Shown here: positions 56,415 to 64,000 of the stretch, piece by piece | Layout: each line of letters begins with the position of its first letter | Numbering within the stretch: the first letter of the stretch is position 1 | Sequence record: MN445184 | Source: Escherichia phage vB_EcoA_4HA11 | Length of the DNA stretch: 64,000 nt | Strand: one strand, 5' to 3' | Notes under the pieces: model-generated | Told to the model about the DNA's origin: nothing | Database searches by the model: none | What the model saw: the letters and a program-made list of their open reading frames with translations, nothing else | Made by a program: the position numbers and the translations under genes

Positions 56415-57475
56415 ATCTTCCTCAAGTCAGAAAATCGTAAGGACGCCGACAGTCCCTGATATACGTTCTTGGCTATGATCTGAAGCAGATCACGTATCGG
56501 GATATTTCCCTTGTCGGGGCGAACCATATCATTGATATCCTTCCACGGTATTTCCGGTGGAAACAGAACGACTTTGACTCCGCTGTCTATCATCTTCTGT
56601 ATACCGTCACAAACTTGTTTGTTCCTGTATTGGTTATCGGGGATATAGATGTCTCCCTTAGCACTTAATAAGTCGGCATCGGCAGTCGCAAGACAATTGG
56701 GTAGAAACAAGCTATCAATTGGACCTTCTACTACCAACTTTGTTTTGTTCCAAATGATGCGCTCTTCCCCGTAGATCTTAGTATCTTCGTTCTTAGGCTT
56801 GACAGTGGCATACCGTAATACCCCATCAGGAAGGTTATCGCCGAATGCGCGCCCCTGAACTATCTTCATGCGCCCGTCTTGGGTCCAGAATGGGATTACC
56901 AGCCGCTCATCTTCGGGTATCTTCTTCTGCTTCTCAACATCCGTTTCGAAACTCAGAAGATCTTGACGAAAATTTCTGCTGTAATACAACAAAGATAACG
57001 TGCTCTCCGGCATTCCCCTGCCTTCAACGTAACGACGGGCGATATGATCACGGTCAAGAAGATCAAGGCGTATCATATTCCCAAGGTGCTCTTCATCTCG
57101 TTTGGCGACCTGAGAACCGATACGCGCTGTCTGGGTCAGGCGCTGTAATGGTTTGAGTTTTTGTAACGGGCGGGAACTGGTATCCCCCATGATTCTGAAT
57201 TTTTCAAGGTTGTATTCATTATACAGACGCTCGTCAAACTTCTTCAACCAGAATTCAAACGCCCAACCGCTCATTTCATTACAGTTGTGGCACTTGAAAC
57301 GAAACACATCGTCATCACGATCATAAAAGAAGTGACCACGACGCTTGTTGGCACTCTTCTTAGAATCCCCACATAATGGGCAACGAAATTTGGCGACAGC
57401 GCCAACACGTTCCCAACTGAATTTATCAAGTCGGGGGGCGAGAAAATTGATGTATTGTTCGTCCAAGAATTTCAT
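56411..57475 (-). CDS. DNA primase gp61-like
   Basis: FRCPLCGDSKKS zinc ribbon, VEGPIDSLF and KDINDM match T4 gp61 blocks. Confidence 0.8.
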   Translation of the reverse strand: MKFLDEQYINFLAPRLDKFSWERVGAVAKFRCPLCGDSKKSANKRRGHFFYDRDDDVFRFKCHNCNEMSGWAFEFWLKKFDERLYNEYNLEKFRIMGDTSSRPLQKLKPLQRLTQTARIGSQVAKRDEEHLGNMIRLDLLDRDHIARRYVEGRGMPESTLSLLYYSRNFRQDLLSFETDVEKQKKIPEDERLVIPFWTQDGRMKIVQGRAFGDNLPDGVLRYATVKPKNEDTKIYGEERIIWNKTKLVVEGPIDSLFLPNCLATADADLLSAKGDIYIPDNQYRNKQVCDGIQKMIDSGVKVVLFPPEIPWKDINDMVRPDKGNIPIRDLLQIIAKNVYQGLSASLRFSDLRKI

Positions 57476-58092
57476 TAGATATTTGGCCTCTGGAACACTT
57501 CTGTCACATTATAATCCACCCCGCGACTTTGAGCTATGCAAAGCTGTCGCCAAGCCCCATACAGAATATTTTGTTCCGCAACCTGATTGCGTTCAAAGTG
57601 GGCGAATTCTTCCAGCATCTGTTTGTACCCTAATAGATAAGGAGGGATATCTGTATGTCTTCTTTTGCCCAAAGATTTAGACAAATATGATGCATAATGT
57701 TCCGGTGAAGACAAAGAGGAATATTGCATATTCGGAACGTGAACGGGCTTCAAAGATTTTCTAGGGGTGAAGTACAACAAACCCCACTTGGGAGGGAGGT
57801 CTTCAATTTTAATAACATCTGCTGGGCAAACATAGAAACGATATGCTCCCATGCCTATGGAAGGATTCATGCGATGAGGTTTCTTTTTGTCTGTCAGGAA
57901 GTCGGCGCGGGAGACTTTAACTTCCATTAATATAGAACAACCTCCAGGTCTGAACCCGATGGCGTCAGGGGATTCACGATTATCGAATGAATTTGGTTCT
58001 ACGAACACAGCACCACAATTCATTTGTTTGTGTAGAAATTTTGCAGCGATTTGACAACCTTCTGAGTGAGAAGGTATAAAGATTTTGCCCAT
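57475..58092 (-). CDS. PD-(D/E)xK-type nuclease (VRR-NUC/restriction-endonuclease-like fold)
   Basis: PDAIGF..ILMEVKV (D..E.K) motif. Confidence 0.4.
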   Translation of the reverse strand: MGKIFIPSHSEGCQIAAKFLHKQMNCGAVFVEPNSFDNRESPDAIGFRPGGCSILMEVKVSRADFLTDKKKPHRMNPSIGMGAYRFYVCPADVIKIEDLPPKWGLLYFTPRKSLKPVHVPNMQYSSLSSPEHYASYLSKSLGKRRHTDIPPYLLGYKQMLEEFAHFERNQVAEQNILYGAWRQLCIAQSRGVDYNVTEVFQRPNI

Positions 58093-58155
58093 TGTTATCT
58101 GTATCCTATTGATGACGAATGGGCAAAATTATAACCTGATGATGATCCTATTGAG

Positions 58156-58509
58156 TTAGGACAATTGCTTCAGTTTGTAAATCGTTTGATAGCACAAAGT
58201 TTTGATTTCGTCAAGCGTGTTTTGTAAATGGCTATCACACTGATTGTAGATCCCATTAACGTCGATGACCACGCTGTTGATATACGATATCGGTTCAGGA
58301 TTGTATAATTTGATGTTCTCGAATCCTGGAATGTATATACCACCCGCACCAATATACGCTTCCGTAAAGGTGTCTAGCAAGTCCTCCAGTTCCCCGTAGA
58401 ACTCCCCGAGTGCCTTGTGCTTGGCATAGGACGTTGTAACGAAGTGGAGGGCATGAGAGTGGGCTATAGCAAGCAGTCCACGGTTGATGAATATACTCGC
58501 ATTGACCAT
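58156..58509 (-). CDS. hypothetical protein
   Basis: 117-aa ORF. Confidence 0.4.
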   Translation of the reverse strand: MVNASIFINRGLLAIAHSHALHFVTTSYAKHKALGEFYGELEDLLDTFTEAYIGAGGIYIPGFENIKLYNPEPISYINSVVIDVNGIYNQCDSHLQNTLDEIKTLCYQTIYKLKQLS

Positions 58510-58526
58510 GATATTTACCCCTAAAA

Positions 58527-58550
58527 AGAAAATCCCCCTGTATTTAGGGG
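58527..58550 (-). terminator. intrinsic terminator after internal-protein-like operon (ATCCCCC-loop-GGGGGAT + U-rich)
   Basis: hairpin just below stop at 58559. Confidence 0.5.
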
Positions 58551-58558
58551 GATTGTAA

Positions 58559-58801
58559 TCACGGCTTGACCAGAGTCATCTTGACGGTTTCACCCGTGTC
58601 GGTGTCTGTCAGGGTCATGATGTCTTGCGCGTTCACGGACTTCACTTTCCCCTGCCGCTTATCACCGTTGCGATTGTAGTAATCGATCAGCTCGCCTTTG
58701 GTTGGACGACCAACATCCGTGATGTCGTACATGCCCTGCTGCCCAAGGCGGCGATGGTCAACCTTTGCTTCCTTCAAGAGGAAGTCCTGGAATCCTTTCA
58801 T
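58559..58801 (-). CDS. internal-protein-like small protein with capsid-targeting-like N-terminus (MKGFQDFLLKE/A)
   Basis: 80 aa; N-terminus resembles T4 IP targeting sequence with L-x-E cleavage context; basic body. Confidence 0.5.
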   Translation of the reverse strand: MKGFQDFLLKEAKVDHRRLGQQGMYDITDVGRPTKGELIDYYNRNGDKRQGKVKSVNAQDIMTLTDTDTGETVKMTLVKP

Positions 58802-58810
58802 ACAACCTCC

Positions 58811-59380
58811 TTAGACAGGTTTAACGCCAATATATTTGGCAATGTCCGCAGCTAGGGTTTTCCCCTTACTGATGTCATGCTGTTTGCCAGCGACTGTGAC
58901 AATTACATATGGATCGTCTTCTCCGCCGAAGTCGATTGCGACAGGTTTTCCAATACCAGGAATACCGGAATATTCAAACTCTGTACGACCGCTTTTACGA
59001 GATTTGCCAACGCCCAGCGCTTTACCGATCATCTTATCCATGTTCGCCAATTCTTGGGCATAGGATTCTGTGACCTGACCTTTGCTGGCATCTTTCCCAA
59101 AGAAGAACTCAAAACCGTCATGAACGGCAACAACATCTTTGCCCACAGAAACCGCATGAACCTGGTCCGGTGTGAGTTTTACTTTGGTGGTGTTGCCGTT
59201 AGTCAATTCCAGATTATAGATGTCGGCCTGATTATCTGGAGTGATCTGGGTCACGGTGGCACCAGTACACCATTGGGTTCCGTCGGCCTGTTTGGTGATG
59301 GTTACACCTTTGCCTTGTATGCCGCCATGAGTTTGCGGTTGTTGAGCTTGTTCTTTAAAATATTCGATAAACGGTTTCAT
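58811..59380 (-). CDS. internal-protein-like protein with capsid-targeting-like N-terminus (MKPFIEYFKE/Q)
   Basis: 189 aa; same operon. Confidence 0.45.
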   Translation of the reverse strand: MKPFIEYFKEQAQQPQTHGGIQGKGVTITKQADGTQWCTGATVTQITPDNQADIYNLELTNGNTTKVKLTPDQVHAVSVGKDVVAVHDGFEFFFGKDASKGQVTESYAQELANMDKMIGKALGVGKSRKSGRTEFEYSGIPGIGKPVAIDFGGEDDPYVIVTVAGKQHDISKGKTLAADIAKYIGVKPV

Positions 59381-59431
59381 CGTGGATCTCCTAAGGATTT
59401 TGATGTATTTAGCCCCCGAAGGGGCTATGAC

Positions 59432-61819
59432 TTATTTCAGACTAATCTGAAGATTACCACCCAGTGATTGTTCATATTCACTGTATGCACTATCACCATT
59501 ACTCATAGCCCATTCGTCGGATTGGCGAGCGCGTTCAAGAGTCATGAGATTTGGCTCGGTAGGATTATAGCCTTTAGATTTCGCGTCGTTGTATACCGTT
59601 TGCAGGTATTGGTTGGCACGGTTGATCTGATCCTTGAATTCACGATATGCTCCTTCGGTCGTATTGCGACGGAAAGTGATATCCCAAGCAACATTCAGAA
59701 CTGTACCATTACTGGCTGTGTATACCTGCCAATCCAGATCTCGTCCATTAGGAGCGCTGTCACGAATGGATTCGGCATAGGTGGCCAGATCACCTGCATT
59801 CTTACCTCCAGCAGCCTGATCTTTAGCCCGAGCCAAAGCATCAATGACTGCCGTGCGGTTCCTGGACTGTGCCAAATCTTTGTCTTGGAACATAATCGCG
59901 CCAAATTTACTGACAGTGATGTCATTCAGGAACAGATTGTTAGGGTTATAGTTTGATGAACTGAGATGGCTCAGTTGCGAAGCCGCGTCTTTCAGGCGTC
60001 GAGAAATCTCATCCAATGCATCTTGCACTGATTTGACAGACAACGAAATATCATATCCATTGCTGTCTACCACATTTCGACCATTTTCAGTCAACATGGT
60101 GGTGATGTTGGCTTTATTTCGATCAAAATCGTAAGTTACGTTGGTAACGAATCTTGCGGCTTGCAACTTGCTACCAGCAGGGAACTGGAAATCCCACGCT
60201 ACAGAGAAGCCATGAACGGTTTCACCAAAAAATTTAGCGTTGCTTGGTACTTTGATGTTTGCAGTGATCACTGCATTTTCACTGGAATTGGTGTTGATTT
60301 CACCAAAGATAGTACGCTCGTCGGAAGATTGAACCAACAGAGTATCTTTTCCACGCCAATCATAGCGGACTTTGAATGTTGTACGAGGAAACTCTTTCAT
60401 CAGATCAAGTTTGACCGCCTTGCCCAAGGTAAACCGATTCAGCAGAGCGTCAGCGATCTTCAATGTGAAAGAACCACAATCAACGTAAGAATATCCCTGA
60501 GAACGGGAAATTTTTTGAATCGGATATGGGGCACCATTGATAGGAACCACACGGCATTCTACTTCTCCCGCAAATTGAGAATCGGCTGCACGGGAGATTG
60601 CGCCCACTATTTCATAAGCGGCGTTTTTCACGTCTCCTTCCAGCATAAGTTGGTAATGACCAGACAAATCTGATACTACTTCTACAGAAAGTTTTCCGTT
60701 GACAATTCCCCAGAAATAAACCTGAATGTCCAGACCACCCGAAGTACGATATTTGCCCGCGCCGATTCGTGTTAGTTTTTCACCTGCATACATACCGACC
60801 TGTTGTGGAGCATATGTGTCTACAATCCCCAGAAGGCGAGCAATATAACCCTGATTTCGTAAGTCATCCACAGATCCTGTTTTTGGCAAAGTCTGCATGT
60901 CTATTTTTCCAGAATCTCCCGTCATCTCTTTCCAGAAGATGGACGACTGCTTGGTGAAATCATTCAGAATATTCACAGGGATCTGCGGTAATCCCAGTTG
61001 GCGTACAATAGCGTCTGGGGATTGAGCGCGGATCCGTTTCTCGTTCATGATACTACCAGCATACACACCAGGTTCATTCGCGTGAGGTGCGATATTGGCG
61101 GTAATAGTCCGCCCACGTTCTTTACCAGACCAGACCAGCATAGGCTGAGTATGATCAGCCTTGGTCAGAATCCAGCGAGAATCGGCATTTATGGCTTGGC
61201 TCAAATCATCCATGTCACCTTGTAGTGCGGCGTCACGAGCAGCCTGGTCAGGAACGTCGCCGACTTTGTCTGGGTCGTCCCAAGTCACGCCTTTCATTTT
61301 CGGACCATCGAATACCTGAGCAGGATCCTTACCTTTACGCACAACCCATACGAATGCACGATCAGGGATAGGGGTATACGTCAGGTCCATGACATTGAGC
61401 TTCTGCTTCAGGCCGGACTGACGGATGATCTTCGGCAGGAGGGTAACACCACGTTCCAATGCTTTCTTGGAGAAGTTAATTGCAAAGCCGTCAATGGTTT
61501 TCCCCAAAGGCGTCGCCATGAATTGCTTTGTTGCTTCGATCATGGATGCGATGACACGCATTGGGTTTTTGAAACGACCGATTGCGTCTGGATAGGTCGA
61601 ACCACGTTTCTGGCCTATGAAGACCTGACGAACGTTCTTGCCCAGCCCCTGCGGGGTATAAAATTGGATGCGGAATTCTTTTTCGTCTTCATCAACAAAT
61701 GTGAAGAAAATGTCACCAGCGTTCTTCTTACCGAATGTCAATTCATACGGGGATGAGTTAAACGCTTCGTCTAATTGTTTAGACTCTTCAAGAAAGTTCA
61801 AGAAAGATGGGATGGCCAT
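59432..61819 (-). CDS. large protein leading the internal-protein-like operon; possible packaged/injected protein
   Basis: 795 aa; N-terminus MAIPSFLNFLEE/S has a possible L-x-E site; no enzymatic motif recognised. Confidence 0.4.
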   Translation of the reverse strand: MAIPSFLNFLEESKQLDEAFNSSPYELTFGKKNAGDIFFTFVDEDEKEFRIQFYTPQGLGKNVRQVFIGQKRGSTYPDAIGRFKNPMRVIASMIEATKQFMATPLGKTIDGFAINFSKKALERGVTLLPKIIRQSGLKQKLNVMDLTYTPIPDRAFVWVVRKGKDPAQVFDGPKMKGVTWDDPDKVGDVPDQAARDAALQGDMDDLSQAINADSRWILTKADHTQPMLVWSGKERGRTITANIAPHANEPGVYAGSIMNEKRIRAQSPDAIVRQLGLPQIPVNILNDFTKQSSIFWKEMTGDSGKIDMQTLPKTGSVDDLRNQGYIARLLGIVDTYAPQQVGMYAGEKLTRIGAGKYRTSGGLDIQVYFWGIVNGKLSVEVVSDLSGHYQLMLEGDVKNAAYEIVGAISRAADSQFAGEVECRVVPINGAPYPIQKISRSQGYSYVDCGSFTLKIADALLNRFTLGKAVKLDLMKEFPRTTFKVRYDWRGKDTLLVQSSDERTIFGEINTNSSENAVITANIKVPSNAKFFGETVHGFSVAWDFQFPAGSKLQAARFVTNVTYDFDRNKANITTMLTENGRNVVDSNGYDISLSVKSVQDALDEISRRLKDAASQLSHLSSSNYNPNNLFLNDITVSKFGAIMFQDKDLAQSRNRTAVIDALARAKDQAAGGKNAGDLATYAESIRDSAPNGRDLDWQVYTASNGTVLNVAWDITFRRNTTEGAYREFKDQINRANQYLQTVYNDAKSKGYNPTEPNLMTLERARQSDEWAMSNGDSAYSEYEQSLGGNLQISLK

Positions 61820-61897
61820 TGTAATTCTCCTGATTATAAAATCGGTGCGGTTTCCCTTAATTAGCGAAAAGAAAGGGATGCTAACACCCCTTTATTC

Positions 61898-62173
61898 TTA
61901 ACGACGGAACGGGCGAGACGCGTTTTGGCGATTGTTGTAATTCTTATCAAATTGTGCCAACGCCGCCGGACTCCATTCGCGTTCCCATTCTTTGTCAACT
62001 TCGGTTTGGTTGGCAGGTTCAATCATTTCAACAGTAGGAAAATCGCGTTTCATAATTTCACGCAATTGTTCAGAAGGGGCGGTTTGGGCGTGGACTAATT
62101 CTTCACCGTCGTAAACTTTGGCCATCAACCATTTGCTGCCGTAACGGATATATGCGTCGAGGATGATTTTCAT
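61898..62173 (-). CDS. hypothetical protein
   Basis: internal ATG 62173 after AGGAA. Confidence 0.4.
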   Translation of the reverse strand: MKIILDAYIRYGSKWLMAKVYDGEELVHAQTAPSEQLREIMKRDFPTVEMIEPANQTEVDKEWEREWSPAALAQFDKNYNNRQNASRPFRR

Positions 62174-62221
62174 AATGTAGTTCCTGCTTTTCAAGTTGGT
62201 GTCGTACTGCTTATGTTTAGA

Positions 62222-62266
62222 ATTATACGTGGGTTATTGAAGAAGTAAAGGGGCTTTTGCCCCTTT
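62222..62266 (-). promoter_or_regulatory. terminator-promoter cassette: hairpin AAGGGGC-TTTT-GCCCCTT overlapping -35 TTTACT, then TATAAT
   Basis: minus strand CCCCTTTACTTCTTCAATAACCCACGTATAAT. Confidence 0.5.
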
Positions 62267-62277
62267 TATTGAATATT

Positions 62278-62916
62278 TTAAGGTGTTGGATTGACAACGG
62301 GAATATGGAACCTGATTCCAGAGACAATGTCCTTCAGCTGAGGCTTCCAGCCGTCCACCAGGCGGGACAACGCGTTAGAACCAGGATAGACAATAATGAT
62401 ATCGCTTCCGGTTACATTATGTTGAGGGAATTGTGACATGTATTGCTCCATCGTCACCCCTGGGTCTATCAACACAGGACCGACATCCGAAGATGCATAT
62501 GTTGCCCCCAAACCGTCGACGCCCCATGCTAGTATTCCATAATCAGGAATATTCGCTTCAGAAGTTATGGTGAATCCGAAGATACGATTCAGCGCAGAAA
62601 AATCATACACGCTGTGAGCACTGTCATATGTCAGATAACCCTTTGACAGCATATCGGCGAATATCGCGTCTGTGTCACCAGTTGCCGGAGTCGGTATGGT
62701 AAACAATAACTCACCAGCAGGAGGGGATGGATACGTGCCGAGTGCATAAAGGCACCAAGCGTCGATGCATTTCTTGATGAATGCTTCCGGCGCGACATAA
62801 TCCGCAAGGCGCATTGTACCGGAATATTCTGAAGTAATGATCCCTTCCTTCGCGCCCTGAATAGCCAGAAACACCATTATGTGTTCATATCCGGTCTGAG
62901 ATGGAGTGATATTCAT
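62278..62916 (-). CDS. hypothetical protein
   Basis: 212-aa ORF. Confidence 0.45.
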   Translation of the reverse strand: MNITPSQTGYEHIMVFLAIQGAKEGIITSEYSGTMRLADYVAPEAFIKKCIDAWCLYALGTYPSPPAGELLFTIPTPATGDTDAIFADMLSKGYLTYDSAHSVYDFSALNRIFGFTITSEANIPDYGILAWGVDGLGATYASSDVGPVLIDPGVTMEQYMSQFPQHNVTGSDIIIVYPGSNALSRLVDGWKPQLKDIVSGIRFHIPVVNPTP

Positions 62917-63533
62917 TATCTGGTCCTCTTGAGTTTCTCAATCGTGCGCTTATTCATGGCGATCACTCCTGGGTCGACCTTTGGGTTTATTGCCATGCTT
63001 TTGAAAGACACACATCGTTGAAGATATTTAGCCTTCTTCACGACGTCGGCTGCATAAGAATTGGATTTCTGGTTACGATTGAACCCAGCATTGTAAGAGG
63101 AAAGGGATTTGCGGATGTTTTGGTTGTGATATTCTAGCCAGAAATTCATTTCATCAAGGGCAGCATTGGCAGCATATTCTTGATTGACCAGTAATTTGAT
63201 CGCGACATTGGCGTAACACTTCTGTGTTTTGCATCCCTCCCGTTTCCCGACGGTTTGGACGCGATTTTGAAATGCCCCCATATTAGCCGATTTGAGGTTA
63301 TTCCGCATGGATACAACATCTTCTCCGGCGCGGCTTTCCCTCCATGATATTGCGGCGAGGGTGAAACCAAGGTCTTGTTGTTTTCCCACGTGATAGGCTG
63401 TGGCCATGGTTGAAAGTTGTTGATCAGAAAACTCATAATCACATTGGGTGGTACTTTGGGAAGCGTGCACACTCCCGCTGGCAATGGTAAAGGTCACGGA
63501 CAAGGCCATGGCCTTCAACGTTGTCATCGTCAT
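62916..63533 (-). CDS. secreted lytic transglycosylase (SLT-domain) protein with signal peptide
   Basis: N-terminal MTMTTLKAMALSVTFTIASGSVHA; SLT-like motifs RES, GAFQ, SYNAG. Confidence 0.5.
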   Translation of the reverse strand: MTMTTLKAMALSVTFTIASGSVHASQSTTQCDYEFSDQQLSTMATAYHVGKQQDLGFTLAAISWRESRAGEDVVSMRNNLKSANMGAFQNRVQTVGKREGCKTQKCYANVAIKLLVNQEYAANAALDEMNFWLEYHNQNIRKSLSSYNAGFNRNQKSNSYAADVVKKAKYLQRCVSFKSMAINPKVDPGVIAMNKRTIEKLKRTR

Positions 63534-63629
63534 GATGGCGTTCCTTATGTGTTTGTCGACTTGCAGCTCGCTGGAGCCTCCTGACAGGGTTAAAAGATAA
63601 AGGGCACGTGATATTTAGTGCCCTTCACC

Positions 63630-63914
63630 TTATTCGTAGATCAGATGGTATGATTCCTCGATGCATTCCAACCAACCGTAGACAAATTCCATAGGATCAT
63701 CCCAAGCTGTATTGGAAGCAATAGTGAAATTCCCGTCCAAGATTTGCATGTCAGTATATTTGTTGAAACCTAACACGGCATCAACGACTATTAAGCCACC
63801 TTGCTCTAGATAACGCTTTGGGGTCAACGTCACCTGATAATGTTTGTTTCGCTGATTCCATAACTCGACAGCGATATCACAAGCAATCTGAATTTCATCT
63901 TTCTCTTCTGACAT
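63630..63914 (-). CDS. hypothetical protein
   Basis: 94-aa acidic ORF. Confidence 0.4.
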   Translation of the reverse strand: MSEEKDEIQIACDIAVELWNQRNKHYQVTLTPKRYLEQGGLIVVDAVLGFNKYTDMQILDGNFTIASNTAWDDPMEFVYGWLECIEESYHLIYE

Positions 63915-64000
63915 ATGTTTGTCTCAAATATTCAGTAAAAGATTTACCCAACTTACGGAATAGTTTAATACGACCGATCACTTTGACATAAACATCTCCA

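Noticed and set aside
1-64000. Prophage or integrative mobile element
   Set aside because: No integrase, transposase, att-like repeats or host housekeeping genes; content and promoter types indicate a virulent T4-like phage.

Overview
This window reads as a dense, almost gap-free stretch of a large virulent T4-like myophage genome, not a bacterial chromosome or prophage: there is no integrase, transposase, tRNA, rRNA or CRISPR array. All calls are from reading the six-frame translations and the DNA by eye; no database search was run, so every family assignment is a motif-level inference. Recognisable genes include an rIIA/rIIB-like pair, both topoisomerase II subunits, dCMP deaminase, DNA ligase, gp41 helicase, UvsX, gp32, gp61 primase, NrdA/NrdB with a glutaredoxin, PhoH, an endolysin, and baseplate/tail genes (gp5-like spike with a peptidase domain, gp25-like, gp48/54-like, tape-measure-like). 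The most interesting candidates are: (1) a compact nucleotide-modification module at 34495-37317 (MazG-like dNTPase, dNMP kinase, a long gp42/thymidylate-synthase-fold pyrimidine hydroxymethylase, and an extra P-loop kinase), which suggests hydroxymethylated or hypermodified pyrimidines in the virion DNA; (2) an operon of proteins with T4 internal-protein-like capsid-targeting N-termini at 58559-61819, plus one dispersed copy at 6219, as candidate injected counter-defence effectors; (3) a macro-domain protein with an HTH and a DEDD exonuclease at 13589-15068; (4) a perfect 317-bp frame-breaking tandem duplication inside the gp41 helicase gene; (5) a papain/C39-like peptidase gene between the two topoisomerase II genes; (6) a probable homopolymer frameshift splitting an HTH gene at 25149-25566. 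Regulatory signals include repeated hairpin-terminator/promoter cassettes (C/GTTTAC-N17-18-TATAAT) ahead of minus-strand early genes and T4-type late promoters (TATAAATA) ahead of structural genes. Nucleotide coordinates of motifs were counted by hand and may be off by 1-2 bp; CDS coordinates follow the supplied ORF frames with starts refined where a better start/RBS was visible.
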